Source of the DNA: Desulfobacterales bacterium | GTDB taxonomy: Bacteria; Desulfobacterota; Desulfobacteria; Desulfobacterales; JAFDCJ01 | Direction of reading: 5' to 3' | DNA length: 32,616 bases | NCBI GenBank assembly: GCA_050114455.1 | Contig: JASFSK010000001.1 | Coordinates: 1-32,616 of the forward strand | Shown here: piece after piece, positions 1 to 9,299 of the stretch | Position numbering within the stretch: position 1 is the first letter of the stretch | How the letters are laid out: each line of letters begins with the position of its first letter | Position numbers and translations under genes: made by a program | The notes under the pieces: model-generated | Told to the model about the DNA's origin: nothing | What the model saw: the letters and a program-made list of their open reading frames with translations, nothing else | Database searches by the model: none

Positions 1-105
1 TGTTTTCTTTTCGGTGTAAGCGGTTTCCGGAATACGATGCAGATCCCGGCGGGTATTGATCACCAATTCTTTGTGTTCACTGACCAGTTGACGGATATCG
101 ACCAT
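1..105 (-). CDS. M20D-family amidohydrolase/peptidase, N-terminal part (runs off the window edge)
   Basis: Manual translation from ATG at 105: MVDIRQLVSEHKELVINTRRDLHRIPETAYTEKKT, matching the RRxLHxxPE-x-x-x-E-x-x-T N-terminal motif of M20D amidohydrolases; AGGAG RBS just upstream. Not in the ORF track. Confidence 0.85.
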   Translation of the reverse strand, partial: MVDIRQLVSEHKELVINTRRDLHRIPETAYTEKKT

Positions 106-213
106 AATGACTCCTAATAGAATTAAGATTGAAGATTGAACATACAACCGAACACGTTGTAATAACTATCGCATATTTTCACATCGCGTATCAATGGTAA
201 AAAAATAAAACGG

Positions 214-243
214 TTGACAATCCAACTATATTTGCCGCAATAT
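214..243 (+). promoter_or_regulatory. Putative sigma70 promoter for the amidohydrolase-ABC operon
   Basis: TTGACA at 214-219, CAATAT at 238-243 (18-bp spacer) in an AT-rich divergent intergenic region. Confidence 0.4.
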
Positions 244-342
244 CCAAAAACGAAAAATGCTGGGTAGATTGAAGCCATAAGCGGAACTTGTGCATGAGAC
301 GCAGTTGAAGCGATATATGTTCCAGCGATCAGGGAGGATTGG

Positions 343-1551
343 ATGAGGATTGCTTTTGTAGACGGTCGGGTAATTGTGGGTGACGGCCGTATGATTGAAA
401 ATGCTACGGTGTTGGTAGAAGACGGTAACATTCTGAAAATTGAGAAAAACAGCTTGAACATTCCGAAAAACACCCGGAAAATATCTTTGGAGCATCGAAC
501 CCTTTTACCGGGGTTCATTGATGCGCACATCCATATCTGCATGGATGGCAGCTCGGACCCCATGACTGCCAGCTTAACTGAATCACCGACAATAACAGCT
601 CTGAAGGCGGCCGAATCTGCACGACGGACCCTGATGGCGGGTATTACCACAGTCAGAGATATGGGCGGCAAAGACGGCATTGATTTCGGTCTGAGGCAGG
701 CAATCGATTCCGGGTTGATACCCGGTCCAAGAATGCTGATCAGTGGTCAGCTGATCTGCATGACCGGCGGCCATGGTTGGCAGGTTGGCCTGGAGGTCAA
801 TGGCCCGGATGAAGTCCGGCGCGCTGCCCGTCAACAGATCAAAGCCGGGGCTGATATTGTTAAGCTAATGGCCACCGGAGGTGTGCTGACCCCATCGGTT
901 GAACCAGGCAGTGAGCAGTTCACAAAAGAGGAGCTTCGCGCAGGCGTCGAGGAGGCTCACAAGGCCGGTAAAAAAACCGCCACCCACGCTATGGGGACCC
1001 GGGGCATCAGGAACGCTCTGCACGCCGGAATTGATAGCATCGAACACGGTGTATACCTGGACGACGAAACCGTCGCCATGATGGTCGATCGCAACATCCC
1101 CTTGATTCCAACCATCTCAGCTCTCTATAACATTGAGACCAGGGGAATTGAAGCCGGAATTCCCGCTTTTGCAGTCGAAAAAACATTGAAGGTTAAACCA
1201 TTTCACTTGGAGAGCATTCGTATGGCCAGAGAGGCCGGTATTTTGGTAGCTGCGGGAACGGATGCCGGTACGCCGTTTAACCGGCACGGTGATAATCTGG
1301 GCGAAATTAGATTGTTGGTGGATTATGGCGGTTTTTCTCCCATGGAAGCTATAAAAGCCGGAACCGGGAGTGCCGCCCGGGTATTAGGTCTGGACAATGA
1401 ACTGGGCACCGTGGCGGAGGGAAAGGTTGCTGATCTGGTGATGGTAGAGGGGAATCCGCTGGATGATATCGATGTCCTGCTCGATCCGGAAGCCATTTGC
1501 CTGGTCATGCAGAAAGGGAAAATCGTCAAAGGAAATTATAATAACCAGTAA
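343..1551 (+). CDS. Metal-dependent amidohydrolase (prolidase/Xaa-Pro dipeptidase-like, amidohydrolase superfamily)
   Basis: PGFIDAHIH (HxH), VKLMATGG (carbamylated Lys), ATHAMG, SIEHG and GTDAG metal-ligand motifs; GGAGG RBS. Confidence 0.92.
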   Translation: MRIAFVDGRVIVGDGRMIENATVLVEDGNILKIEKNSLNIPKNTRKISLEHRTLLPGFIDAHIHICMDGSSDPMTASLTESPTITALKAAESARRTLMAGITTVRDMGGKDGIDFGLRQAIDSGLIPGPRMLISGQLICMTGGHGWQVGLEVNGPDEVRRAARQQIKAGADIVKLMATGGVLTPSVEPGSEQFTKEELRAGVEEAHKAGKKTATHAMGTRGIRNALHAGIDSIEHGVYLDDETVAMMVDRNIPLIPTISALYNIETRGIEAGIPAFAVEKTLKVKPFHLESIRMAREAGILVAAGTDAGTPFNRHGDNLGEIRLLVDYGGFSPMEAIKAGTGSAARVLGLDNELGTVAEGKVADLVMVEGNPLDDIDVLLDPEAICLVMQKGKIVKGNYNNQ

Positions 1552-1566
1552 AAAAGGAGGAGAAGA

Positions 1567-3126
1567 ATGAAATCTATCAATGGATCGATGAAAAGCCTTG
1601 TATTCGTTTCAATGCTGATTGCTATGATGAGTCTAGGTTTGATCCCAATCAAGGCCCATGCCGAAATCGAGGAATTGATCATTGGTGTCGGTGTCGACGC
1701 CGATACGCTGAATCCTCAGGAACAGACCACCACCTTGTTTCAGAATTGGTGTGACCTTATCTACGGCAACTTTGTCTACCAGGATCCTGACGGCGAGCTC
1801 CACCCTCGCCTGGCAAGCAGTATGGATGTATCCGAAGATGGTCTGACCTGGACCCTTCATCTGCGCAAAGGCGTCAAATTTTCCGATGGGACCGATTTTA
1901 ATGCCGATGCCGTCAAGCTCACCTGGGATCGTATTCTGGATCCGAAACTACGGGTACCGCTGCGGTTTGCCCTTGCCATGGTGAAAGAGTGTGTCAAAAT
2001 CGACGACCACACAATAGCTTTAAAGCTCAAATACCCGTTTGCCCCGCTGGGACCGACCCTTTCCATGTCGTTGGCATCCCCTATCAGCCCGGCAGCTCTC
2101 AAAAAATATGGTGAAGATGTCCGCCAGAATCCGGTCGGTGCCGGCCCTTACGTTTTGAAAGAATGGGTCAAGGGCGACCGTGTCGTCATGGTTCGCAACG
2201 AAAATTACTGGGGCGAGAAACCCACGGTTGCCAAGATTGTGTGGAAGGTCGTACCCGAGGCAGCTACCCGCGAGGCCATGCTGCGGACCGGACAGATCCA
2301 TATTTGCTACAAGCCCCTGCCATCCAATGTGGCCGCCCTCAAGGCCGATCCCAATGTCACTGTTGAAATGCCCTTGGATACCCGAACCATTTTCATGGGG
2401 CTGAATTGCCAGAAAGGGGTCACAACCGACAAAAAAGTGCGTCTGGCGTTCAACTATGCCGTAGACAAAAAAGCGATTGTCAAAAAAATCCTCTTTGGCA
2501 CGGCCGAACCCATGGAAGGTCCGGTTTCACCCAAAGTGTTCGGCTATTTTAAAATGGACCATCAGTATGATTATAACCCGGATAAAGCCAAACAGCTGCT
2601 AGATGAAGCCGGTTTCGATTTTTCCAAAACGGTCAAAATGCGCACCCCCAACGGCCGATACTTGTTCGACAAACAGGTTTCCGAAGCCGTCCAGGCCTAT
2701 TTGCAGGCCATCGGGGTCAAAGTCGAACTGCGTACCTATGACTGGCCGACGTACGTTGCCGGCTTGCTGAAGCCCATCGAAGAAACGGAGCTGGAAGTTT
2801 TTCTGTTGGGCTGGGGACCTTTGATTTTGGATGCGGACATGGGTCTTTACGGTCAGTTCACCTGCGAAGTCAATCCGCCCAAAGGGCTGGGAGCCGCCTT
2901 TTACTGTAATGCGGAATACGACAAGGTCATGAAAGCCTCCCGCGAAGCCCAGGACCCGCAAAAACGGCTGGCACTGCTCAAACAGGCTTCCGAGATTGTC
3001 TGGGCCGACAGTCCCTGGATGTGGCTGCACGTTGAAAAATTTGTGATTGCCTACGCGAGCAAAATCAAGGGTATGGTCGTTACGCCGACCGAAAAATTCT
3101 ATCCCCATTACATTACGATGCAGTAA
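1567..3126 (+). CDS. Peptide/nickel ABC transporter substrate-binding protein (family 5, DppA/GsiB-like)
   Basis: Signal peptide; LRKGVKFSDGTDFNADAVK and PVGAGPY family-5 SBP motifs; AGGAGG RBS. Confidence 0.93.
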   Translation: MKSINGSMKSLVFVSMLIAMMSLGLIPIKAHAEIEELIIGVGVDADTLNPQEQTTTLFQNWCDLIYGNFVYQDPDGELHPRLASSMDVSEDGLTWTLHLRKGVKFSDGTDFNADAVKLTWDRILDPKLRVPLRFALAMVKECVKIDDHTIALKLKYPFAPLGPTLSMSLASPISPAALKKYGEDVRQNPVGAGPYVLKEWVKGDRVVMVRNENYWGEKPTVAKIVWKVVPEAATREAMLRTGQIHICYKPLPSNVAALKADPNVTVEMPLDTRTIFMGLNCQKGVTTDKKVRLAFNYAVDKKAIVKKILFGTAEPMEGPVSPKVFGYFKMDHQYDYNPDKAKQLLDEAGFDFSKTVKMRTPNGRYLFDKQVSEAVQAYLQAIGVKVELRTYDWPTYVAGLLKPIEETELEVFLLGWGPLILDADMGLYGQFTCEVNPPKGLGAAFYCNAEYDKVMKASREAQDPQKRLALLKQASEIVWADSPWMWLHVEKFVIAYASKIKGMVVTPTEKFYPHYITMQ

Positions 3127-3147
3127 CCTAACCCGGACAAGCCGGAA

Positions 3148-3259
3148 TTGACGATTGACGAATGACGATGGCATATTTGTGGTATCGCTTCGCTCAGTCT
3201 CATCAATTAAAATAGATAGAATTCCTTAATTCGACATTCGTCAATCGTCGTTCGTCATT
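3148..3259. repeat. Intergenic palindromic element with heptamer-repeat arms (copy 1)
   Basis: TTGACGATTGACGAATGACGAT ... ATTCGTCAATCGTCGTTCGTCATT inverted arms around core ATCGCTTCGCTC; homologous in reverse orientation to 7293-7428. Confidence 0.75.
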
Positions 3260-3337
3260 GTTCTGCTCGAGCTTTTCCTGCGATCAGACTGGCTTTTAGC
3301 CGTCGGCTGGACGGAAACCCTAAAATAAGCTTCTCAC

Positions 3338-4258
3338 ATGTTTAGCTATGTCCTAAAACGATTGTTTTCCACGATTCCGGTGCTCATCGGGATATCCCTG
3401 CTGCTCTTTTTTATGTTGCGAATGCTGCCCGGTGATCCCGCCCAGGTCCTGGCCGGTCAGATGGCAACACCACAGGAGATTGAAAACATTCGGCATCAAC
3501 TTGGATTGGATCGTCCGATCCATATTCAATATATTTCTTTTCTTGGAAGATTGGCAAAATTCGATCTGGGTCGGTCAGCTCGGACCCAGAACCCGGTCAT
3601 TGAAGAAATCTGGGCTCGCCTTCCCAACACCATGCTGCTGGCCGTCATCGCCATTGCCCTCGCTTGCCTTTTCGGGATACCCGCCGGTATCATTTCAGCT
3701 GTCAAGCCCTACAGTTGGATCGATTATCTCGTGTCCACCCTCGCCCTATTCGGCCTTTCCATGCCTGTGTTCTGGTTGGGGTTGATGCTGGTCGTTGTTT
3801 TTTCGATCGTTTTGAAGTGGCTGCCCGCCGGGGGTACCGGCAGCTGGCAGCATGTCATTTTGCCTTCGATAACCTTGGCGGCATTTGTCGTGGCCTTTAT
3901 TGCCCGCATGACCCGCTCCACCATGCTGGAAACCCTCTCCCAGGATTTCACCACAACAGCCCGTTCAAAGGGACTCCAGGAGTGGGTGGTGATTATTAAA
4001 CATGCATTGAAAAATGCGCTGATACCGATCATCACGGTGGTCGGTCTACAATTCGGATTACTGTTGGGCGGCGCTGTTTTGACGGAAACCGTTTTTGCCT
4101 GGCCCGGTTTGGGACGGCTGATCGTAGATTCCATTCTGGCAAGGGATTATCCCATGATCCAGGGAGCCATTCTCATATTCGGCTTGCTTTACATCATGGT
4201 CAACTTGGTCGTTGACATGCTCTACGCTCTGGTGGATCCGAGGATTCGTTATGACTGA
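3338..4258 (+). CDS. Peptide ABC transporter permease (DppB/OppB-like)
   Basis: PGDPA, LGLDRP, EAA-like loop (TTARSKGL), ETVFAWPGLG, RDYP, DPRIRY motifs. Confidence 0.94.
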   Translation: MFSYVLKRLFSTIPVLIGISLLLFFMLRMLPGDPAQVLAGQMATPQEIENIRHQLGLDRPIHIQYISFLGRLAKFDLGRSARTQNPVIEEIWARLPNTMLLAVIAIALACLFGIPAGIISAVKPYSWIDYLVSTLALFGLSMPVFWLGLMLVVVFSIVLKWLPAGGTGSWQHVILPSITLAAFVVAFIARMTRSTMLETLSQDFTTTARSKGLQEWVVIIKHALKNALIPIITVVGLQFGLLLGGAVLTETVFAWPGLGRLIVDSILARDYPMIQGAILIFGLLYIMVNLVVDMLYALVDPRIRYD

Positions 4259-5105
4259 TGTCGCTGACAGTCCTTTCAAGCGCCAGTGGGCCAAGCTCAG
4301 GCGTAACAAGGCCGCCCTGCTTGGCGGTATTTTCATTTTAATTTATGCTGCCTGCGCCCTGTTTGCACCGATCCTGTTCAAAGGCAATCCGTCTGCGCCG
4401 GATCTGATGAATTCGCTGGAACCGCCATCGGTCGACCATCTGTTGGGAACTGATGAGCTGGGCCGTTCAATTTTAGGCCGCATCATTTTTGGTTCGCGGA
4501 TATCGCTGCTCATCGCTGTCGGCGTTGTTGCCGTCGGGATGATTATCGGCATTCCACTGGGGCTTATTTCAGGCTACTACCGGGGCAAAATCGACTTCAT
4601 GATCCAGCGCGCCACCGATACCATGCTGGCCTTTCCAGGCTTCTTGCTGGCCCTGGCTCTGGTGGCCGTTTTGGGTGTCGGCTTAAAAAATACGGTCATA
4701 TCGATCGGCATCAGCATGGTACCGCTGTACGTACGGCTGGTTCGGGGATGTGTCTTGTCGGTGCGAGAAGAAGTTTATGTGGAAGCCGCCCGTGCTGTCG
4801 GCACGCGGGATGTGATTATCTTAACCCGGCACATTTTGCCAAACGTTATGGTTCCCATCACCGTACAGACAAGCTTGAGTATGGGAACCGCGATCCTTTT
4901 TGCCGCTGGGCTCGGGTTTCTCGGCATCGGTGTCCAGCCGCCGACACCGGAGTGGGGGTCAATGCTTGGCTCCGCCCGTTCGTATTTGTTTCACGCACCC
5001 CACGTGGCAACATTTCCCGGGATAGCAATCTTCCTGGCGGTGCTGAGCTTTAACCTTTTGGGTGACGGTCTGCGCGACGCGCTCGATCCGAGGTTCAAGA
5101 TATGA
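4251..5105 (+). CDS. Peptide ABC transporter permease (DppC/OppC-like)
   Basis: LLGTDELGR, YVEAARAVG, HILPN, PEWGSML, GDGLRDALDP; start re-assigned to ATG 4251, overlapping the upstream stop. Confidence 0.93.
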   Translation: MTDVADSPFKRQWAKLRRNKAALLGGIFILIYAACALFAPILFKGNPSAPDLMNSLEPPSVDHLLGTDELGRSILGRIIFGSRISLLIAVGVVAVGMIIGIPLGLISGYYRGKIDFMIQRATDTMLAFPGFLLALALVAVLGVGLKNTVISIGISMVPLYVRLVRGCVLSVREEVYVEAARAVGTRDVIILTRHILPNVMVPITVQTSLSMGTAILFAAGLGFLGIGVQPPTPEWGSMLGSARSYLFHAPHVATFPGIAIFLAVLSFNLLGDGLRDALDPRFKI

Positions 5106-6088
5106 ATGAATTGAACCAGCCCCTGTTGCAGGTCCGGGATCTGAAAACGCGTTTTCATACCCTGGATGGGGTGGTCAATGCGGTCGCTGGGGTTGATTTT
5201 GACGTATACAGCGGAGAAACCTTGGGGTTGGTCGGAGAGAGCGGCTGCGGTAAAAGTGTCACCGCTTTGTCGATTTTACAGCTGTTGAGATGCCCGCCCG
5301 GAGAAATCCGCGGTCGAATTCTTTTCGAAGGCCGAAATCTGTTGGCGCTGGACCGCGAAGAAATTCGGAAAATCAGGGGCAATGACATTTCGATGATCTT
5401 TCAGGAGCCCATGACTTCCCTGAACCCGGTTTTGAGAGTGGGAGAGCAGATCGCCGAAGCGGCCAGACGCCACAAAGACATGAACCGTCAGGAATCCTGG
5501 CGCTGGGCAACGGAAATGCTGCGTATGGTTCAAATCCCAGGCCCGGGTTCCCGCAGCCGACAGTACCCTCATAAGTTCTCGGGTGGAATGCGACAGCGAG
5601 CCATGATTGCCATGGCACTTTCCTGCAATCCGCGCCTGATTCTGGCGGATGAGCCGACCACGGCCCTGGATGTGACCATCCAGGCCCAAATCATGACTCT
5701 CATGCAACGGCTTAAAGAGGAGTTCAAAACAGCCATTGTATTGATTACCCATGATCTCGGTGTCATTGCTGAAATGGCCACCAGGGTGATAGTCATGTAT
5801 GCCGGCAAGGTCGTTGAAGAAGCACCGGTGCTGGCGCTTTTTAAGGATCCTCGTCATCCCTACACCCAAGGGCTGTTGGGCTCGATCCCGGTTATTGGAC
5901 GCAAAGCACAGACCGGTCGCCGCCTACAGGAAATTAAGGGGATCGTCCCCAGCTCGGCGCGAATGCCGCAGGGATGCAGATTTCATCCCCGGTGCAGCAA
6001 GACAGTCGATCGCTGCCTAAACCAGGAACCGCCGATGACCAGCTTGGGGCGCCACAGACGGGTGAGCTGCTGGTTGGAAGCTGAATGA
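5102..6088 (+). CDS. Peptide ABC transporter ATP-binding protein (DppD/OppD-like)
   Basis: Walker A GESGCGKS, signature FSGGMRQR, DEPTTALD, C-terminal HPYT and GCRFHPRC. Confidence 0.95.
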   Translation: MNELNQPLLQVRDLKTRFHTLDGVVNAVAGVDFDVYSGETLGLVGESGCGKSVTALSILQLLRCPPGEIRGRILFEGRNLLALDREEIRKIRGNDISMIFQEPMTSLNPVLRVGEQIAEAARRHKDMNRQESWRWATEMLRMVQIPGPGSRSRQYPHKFSGGMRQRAMIAMALSCNPRLILADEPTTALDVTIQAQIMTLMQRLKEEFKTAIVLITHDLGVIAEMATRVIVMYAGKVVEEAPVLALFKDPRHPYTQGLLGSIPVIGRKAQTGRRLQEIKGIVPSSARMPQGCRFHPRCSKTVDRCLNQEPPMTSLGRHRRVSCWLEAE

Positions 6089-6225
6089 ACACGGCAGGCG
6101 CCGATCCCGTTTTGGACAATATGCTGTAAAGAACGCAAGATTTAAGTTTCAGCGATTGAAAAAATTTCAAATAGCAAATACCAAACAAATCACGATGACC
6201 GAAATTCTAAAAACTTAATTCTAAA

Positions 6226-7185
6226 ATGGCTCTTTTAGAAGTTGAAAACCTAAAGAAATATTTTCCTGTCAAAAAAGGGCTTCTTTCCCGCACCGTCGGT
6301 GAAGTGCGTGCCGTTGACGGCGTCAGTTTCAGTATTAATCGGGGAGAAACGCTGGGCTTGGTAGGTGAGAGCGGCTGCGGCAAGACCACAGTCGGTCGCT
6401 CGATATTGCGTTTAATTGAACCCACCTCAGGTCGGGTGCGTTTTAATGGCGAAGATCTTCTCGCCATGGCTGGTCCACAACTTAGAAGCCTGAGAGCCTC
6501 CCTTCAGATAATTTTTCAGGACCCATTTTCTTCCTTAGATCCGCGCATGAACATCGGTCAGATTATCGCTGAACCGATCCGAAATCACATGAAAATATCC
6601 AAAACAGAAATTCGAGAGCGGGTGGCACAGTTAATGGATCGTGTCGGTCTTCATCCGGAACAGATAAGCCGCTACCCTCATGAGTTTTCGGGCGGACAGC
6701 GGCAGCGAATCGGCATTGCAAGAGCCCTGGCGCTAAACCCCCTGGCAATTATCTGTGATGAACCGGTTTCAGCCTTGGATGTATCGATCCAGGCCCAGGT
6801 GATCAACTTACTCGCCCGACTTCAGGAAGAAATGCAGCTTTCCTACCTTTTTATTGCCCATGATTTGAGCGTGGTGGAACACATCAGCGACCGGGTGGCG
6901 GTCATGTACCTGGGCCGTATCGTAGAGCTGGCCACGGACAAATCTCTGTATCGAAGCCCCCTCCATCCCTACAGTCAGGCATTGTTGTCTGCAGTTCCCA
7001 TTCCGGATCCCGAAATCACCAGAAAAAAAATTTTGCTCCAGGGTGATGTACCAAGTCCTTTGAGCCCTCCAACAGGATGTACTTTTCATACCAGATGTCC
7101 CGAATGTGTGGACATATGTTCACGGGAGATCCCCGAATTCCGGCACATGGGCAGTGAGCACTGGGTTGCCTGCCACCTGAGATGA
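6226..7185 (+). CDS. Peptide ABC transporter ATP-binding protein (DppF/OppF-like)
   Basis: [36 protein letters not shown]. Confidence 0.95.
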   Translation: MALLEVENLKKYFPVKKGLLSRTVGEVRAVDGVSFSINRGETLGLVGESGCGKTTVGRSILRLIEPTSGRVRFNGEDLLAMAGPQLRSLRASLQIIFQDPFSSLDPRMNIGQIIAEPIRNHMKISKTEIRERVAQLMDRVGLHPEQISRYPHEFSGGQRQRIGIARALALNPLAIICDEPVSALDVSIQAQVINLLARLQEEMQLSYLFIAHDLSVVEHISDRVAVMYLGRIVELATDKSLYRSPLHPYSQALLSAVPIPDPEITRKKILLQGDVPSPLSPPTGCTFHTRCPECVDICSREIPEFRHMGSEHWVACHLR

Positions 7186-7292
7186 GTAGGAATCCAGTCA
7201 CACCAAGGCACAAAAAAATATCATCCCAAATGAGCGGCGGCCGCTGGCTAAAGGGCAGCCAGTCTGACCAATAAAGAAATTTAAAAGAAAAA

Positions 7293-7428
7293 GCGAATAC
7301 CGAATATCGAACCGCAGAATATCGAATGTCGAAGGAAGGAATGCCGTCGTTTTTATTTAAAAGGCCAGAGCGAAGCGATTCCATCCTTCGAAATTCAGTA
7401 TTCGTTATTCAATATTCTGCGGTTCGCT
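7293..7428. repeat. Intergenic palindromic element with heptamer-repeat arms (copy 2)
   Basis: 15-bp perfect inverted repeat CGAACCGCAGAATAT (7308-7322)/ATATTCTGCGGTTCG (7412-7426); core GAGCGAAGCGAT (7368-7379) shared with the 3148-3259 element. Confidence 0.75.
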
Positions 7429-7454
7429 CTTGAAGTTTCATACGAGGTAATCCC

Positions 7455-9068
7455 ATGCAACGCTGGAACGGTTGGGGTGAAGAGCATATACATTTGGATT
7501 TGCCGCCCCGGGGGCTACGAATGCTGCAAGATATAATCGGTCAGGGACGGAGTCGGCCGGATTATCCCCTCGAAAAATTTATTGACCGTATGCCGACATC
7601 ACGCCTGTCCGAGCACCCCTTGATTTCTTCTGACCCCAAGCAGCGCCTTGACCACGCCCATGGCCAGAGTCTTCCGGATTGGATCGGGCTTCGTGGGGGT
7701 ATCCTGAAGCGATTTCCGGATGGTGTCGCCCTGCCGGCCACGTTAGAAGAGATTCAGACGCTGTTAACATACGCCATCAGCAATAATATTGTCGTTATTC
7801 CCTATGGGGGCGGGACCAGCGTGGTCGGCCACCTCGAGGTGCCCGAAACCTCGAGACCGGTTCTCAGTTTGTCTCTTGAACGCTTCAATCGACTGGTGGG
7901 GCTGGACAGCGCCAGCCGGTTGGCAACCTTTGAGGCTGGGATTCGCGGCCCCCAGCTCGAGCACCAGCTTAACGCCAGGGGATATACCCTCGGACACTAT
8001 CCCCAATCCTTCGATTATTCTTCGCTGGGTGGCTGGGTGGCCACCCGATCGAGCGGACAACAGGCCAGGCATTTCGGTAGAATCGAGCAGCTTTTTGCAG
8101 GCGGCAAGGTATTGACGCCCCGGGGGCCGTTGCGCTTGCAGCCCTTGCCCGCATCCGCCGCAGGACCTGACCTGCGCCAGTTTCTGCTTGGATCCGAAGG
8201 AAGAATGGGGGTGTTGGCCGAGGTTATCGTCAATATTTCAGCTCTGCCCGAAACAGACGATGTTTACGGATTCTTTTTTCCATCGTGGGAGCGCGCTGTC
8301 TGTGCGGTTCAAACCATCGCTGGATCGGATATTCCCATTTCGATGATACGGCTGAGCAATCCATCTGAAACCATGACCAATTTGGCATTGGCCGGCAACG
8401 AACGGCAAACGGCGTTTTTATCCCACTATTTGCGGTTTCGTGGTATATCCGAAGAAAAATCCTGCATGTGCCTGGTGGGCTTTACCGGATCCCGTCGCGT
8501 GACGACCTCAGCCCGGCGGGCGGTATTTTCCATCATTCGGCGGGATAAAGGGGTGTGCCTTGGAAAACCCATGGGAAAGGCCTGGAAAAAGAACCGCTTC
8601 AAATCTGCCTATTTGCGCAACACACTCTGGGATCTGGGTTATGCCGTCGACACCCTGGAGACCGCCGTTACCTGGGATAAAGTGACTCCTGTCATAGACG
8701 CCATTGAAAACTCACTGCACGATGCCTTAACCCCCGAAGATGGGCGAATCCACGTATTTTCCCATCTCTCGCAAATTTACCCGAGCGGTTCCAGCATCTA
8801 CACGACGTTTATCTTCCGGCTTGGGGCAACACCCGGCCAAACCCTCGACACATGGAAACGTCTAAAACAGTCGGCAAGCAATACGATTGTCACCTTTGGC
8901 GGCACCATCAGCCACCAGCATGGCGTGGGCAAGGATCACAAACCTTATATGGCAGCCGAAAAAGGTGAGGTTGGGATCCAAATCTTAGAACGACTCTTTG
9001 ACCATCTCGACCCTGAGCAACTGATGAATCCGGGTAAATTGGTGCCTGATTTGACAGAGGACGGATGA
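7455..9068 (+). CDS. FAD-binding oxidoreductase, alkyl-dihydroxyacetonephosphate synthase (AGPS)-like
   Basis: N-terminal RWNGWG, PYGGGTSV, GHYPQSF, GGWVATRSSGQ, GSEGRMGV, DTLETA, SHQHGVG and NPGK motifs typical of the AGPS branch of the VAO/PCMH flavoprotein family. Confidence 0.88.
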   Translation: MQRWNGWGEEHIHLDLPPRGLRMLQDIIGQGRSRPDYPLEKFIDRMPTSRLSEHPLISSDPKQRLDHAHGQSLPDWIGLRGGILKRFPDGVALPATLEEIQTLLTYAISNNIVVIPYGGGTSVVGHLEVPETSRPVLSLSLERFNRLVGLDSASRLATFEAGIRGPQLEHQLNARGYTLGHYPQSFDYSSLGGWVATRSSGQQARHFGRIEQLFAGGKVLTPRGPLRLQPLPASAAGPDLRQFLLGSEGRMGVLAEVIVNISALPETDDVYGFFFPSWERAVCAVQTIAGSDIPISMIRLSNPSETMTNLALAGNERQTAFLSHYLRFRGISEEKSCMCLVGFTGSRRVTTSARRAVFSIIRRDKGVCLGKPMGKAWKKNRFKSAYLRNTLWDLGYAVDTLETAVTWDKVTPVIDAIENSLHDALTPEDGRIHVFSHLSQIYPSGSSIYTTFIFRLGATPGQTLDTWKRLKQSASNTIVTFGGTISHQHGVGKDHKPYMAAEKGEVGIQILERLFDHLDPEQLMNPGKLVPDLTEDG

Positions 9069-9129
9069 CAGGGGACGGATGACAGAGGACTGAAGACAGA
9101 AGGCAGATGACAGAAGACAGGGAACAGAG
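9053..9129 (+). repeat. Tandem array of 11 degenerate heptamers (GACAGAG-like)
   Basis: gacagag gacggat gacaggg gacggat gacagag gactgaa gacagaa ggcagat gacagaa gacaggg aacagag; overlaps the last codons and stop of the upstream CDS. Confidence 0.85.
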
Positions 9130-9212
9130 TACTGCCTGGCCGCTGGCCCAAAAAAGGAATAGTTTTTTTGAATGAGAAATTATTTAGACTGAAATCAATT
9201 ATTTTTTGGCTT

Positions 9213-9234
9213 GTGGGAGCGGCTTTCCAGCCGC
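9213..9234 (+). repeat. REP-like palindrome (GTGG-headed)
   Basis: GTGGGA-GCGGCT-TTCC-AGCCGC: GTRG tetranucleotide followed by a GC-rich hairpin, the architecture of RAYT-associated REPs. Confidence 0.55.
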
Positions 9235-9299
9235 AATAGCCTTGATCATCCCGGAAAAGAAACTGATGGAAATCGAATGAAGCACAGACGAGGGCAGGC

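Noticed and set aside
123-680. 185-aa minus-strand ORF and the many other ORFs antisense or out of frame to the called genes
   Set aside because: They overlap well-supported genes with clear family motifs and have no motifs of their own; shadow ORFs.
9053-9129. Possible CRISPR array
   Set aside because: Contiguous 7-bp units with no 25-45-bp repeats or unique spacers; no cas genes in the window.
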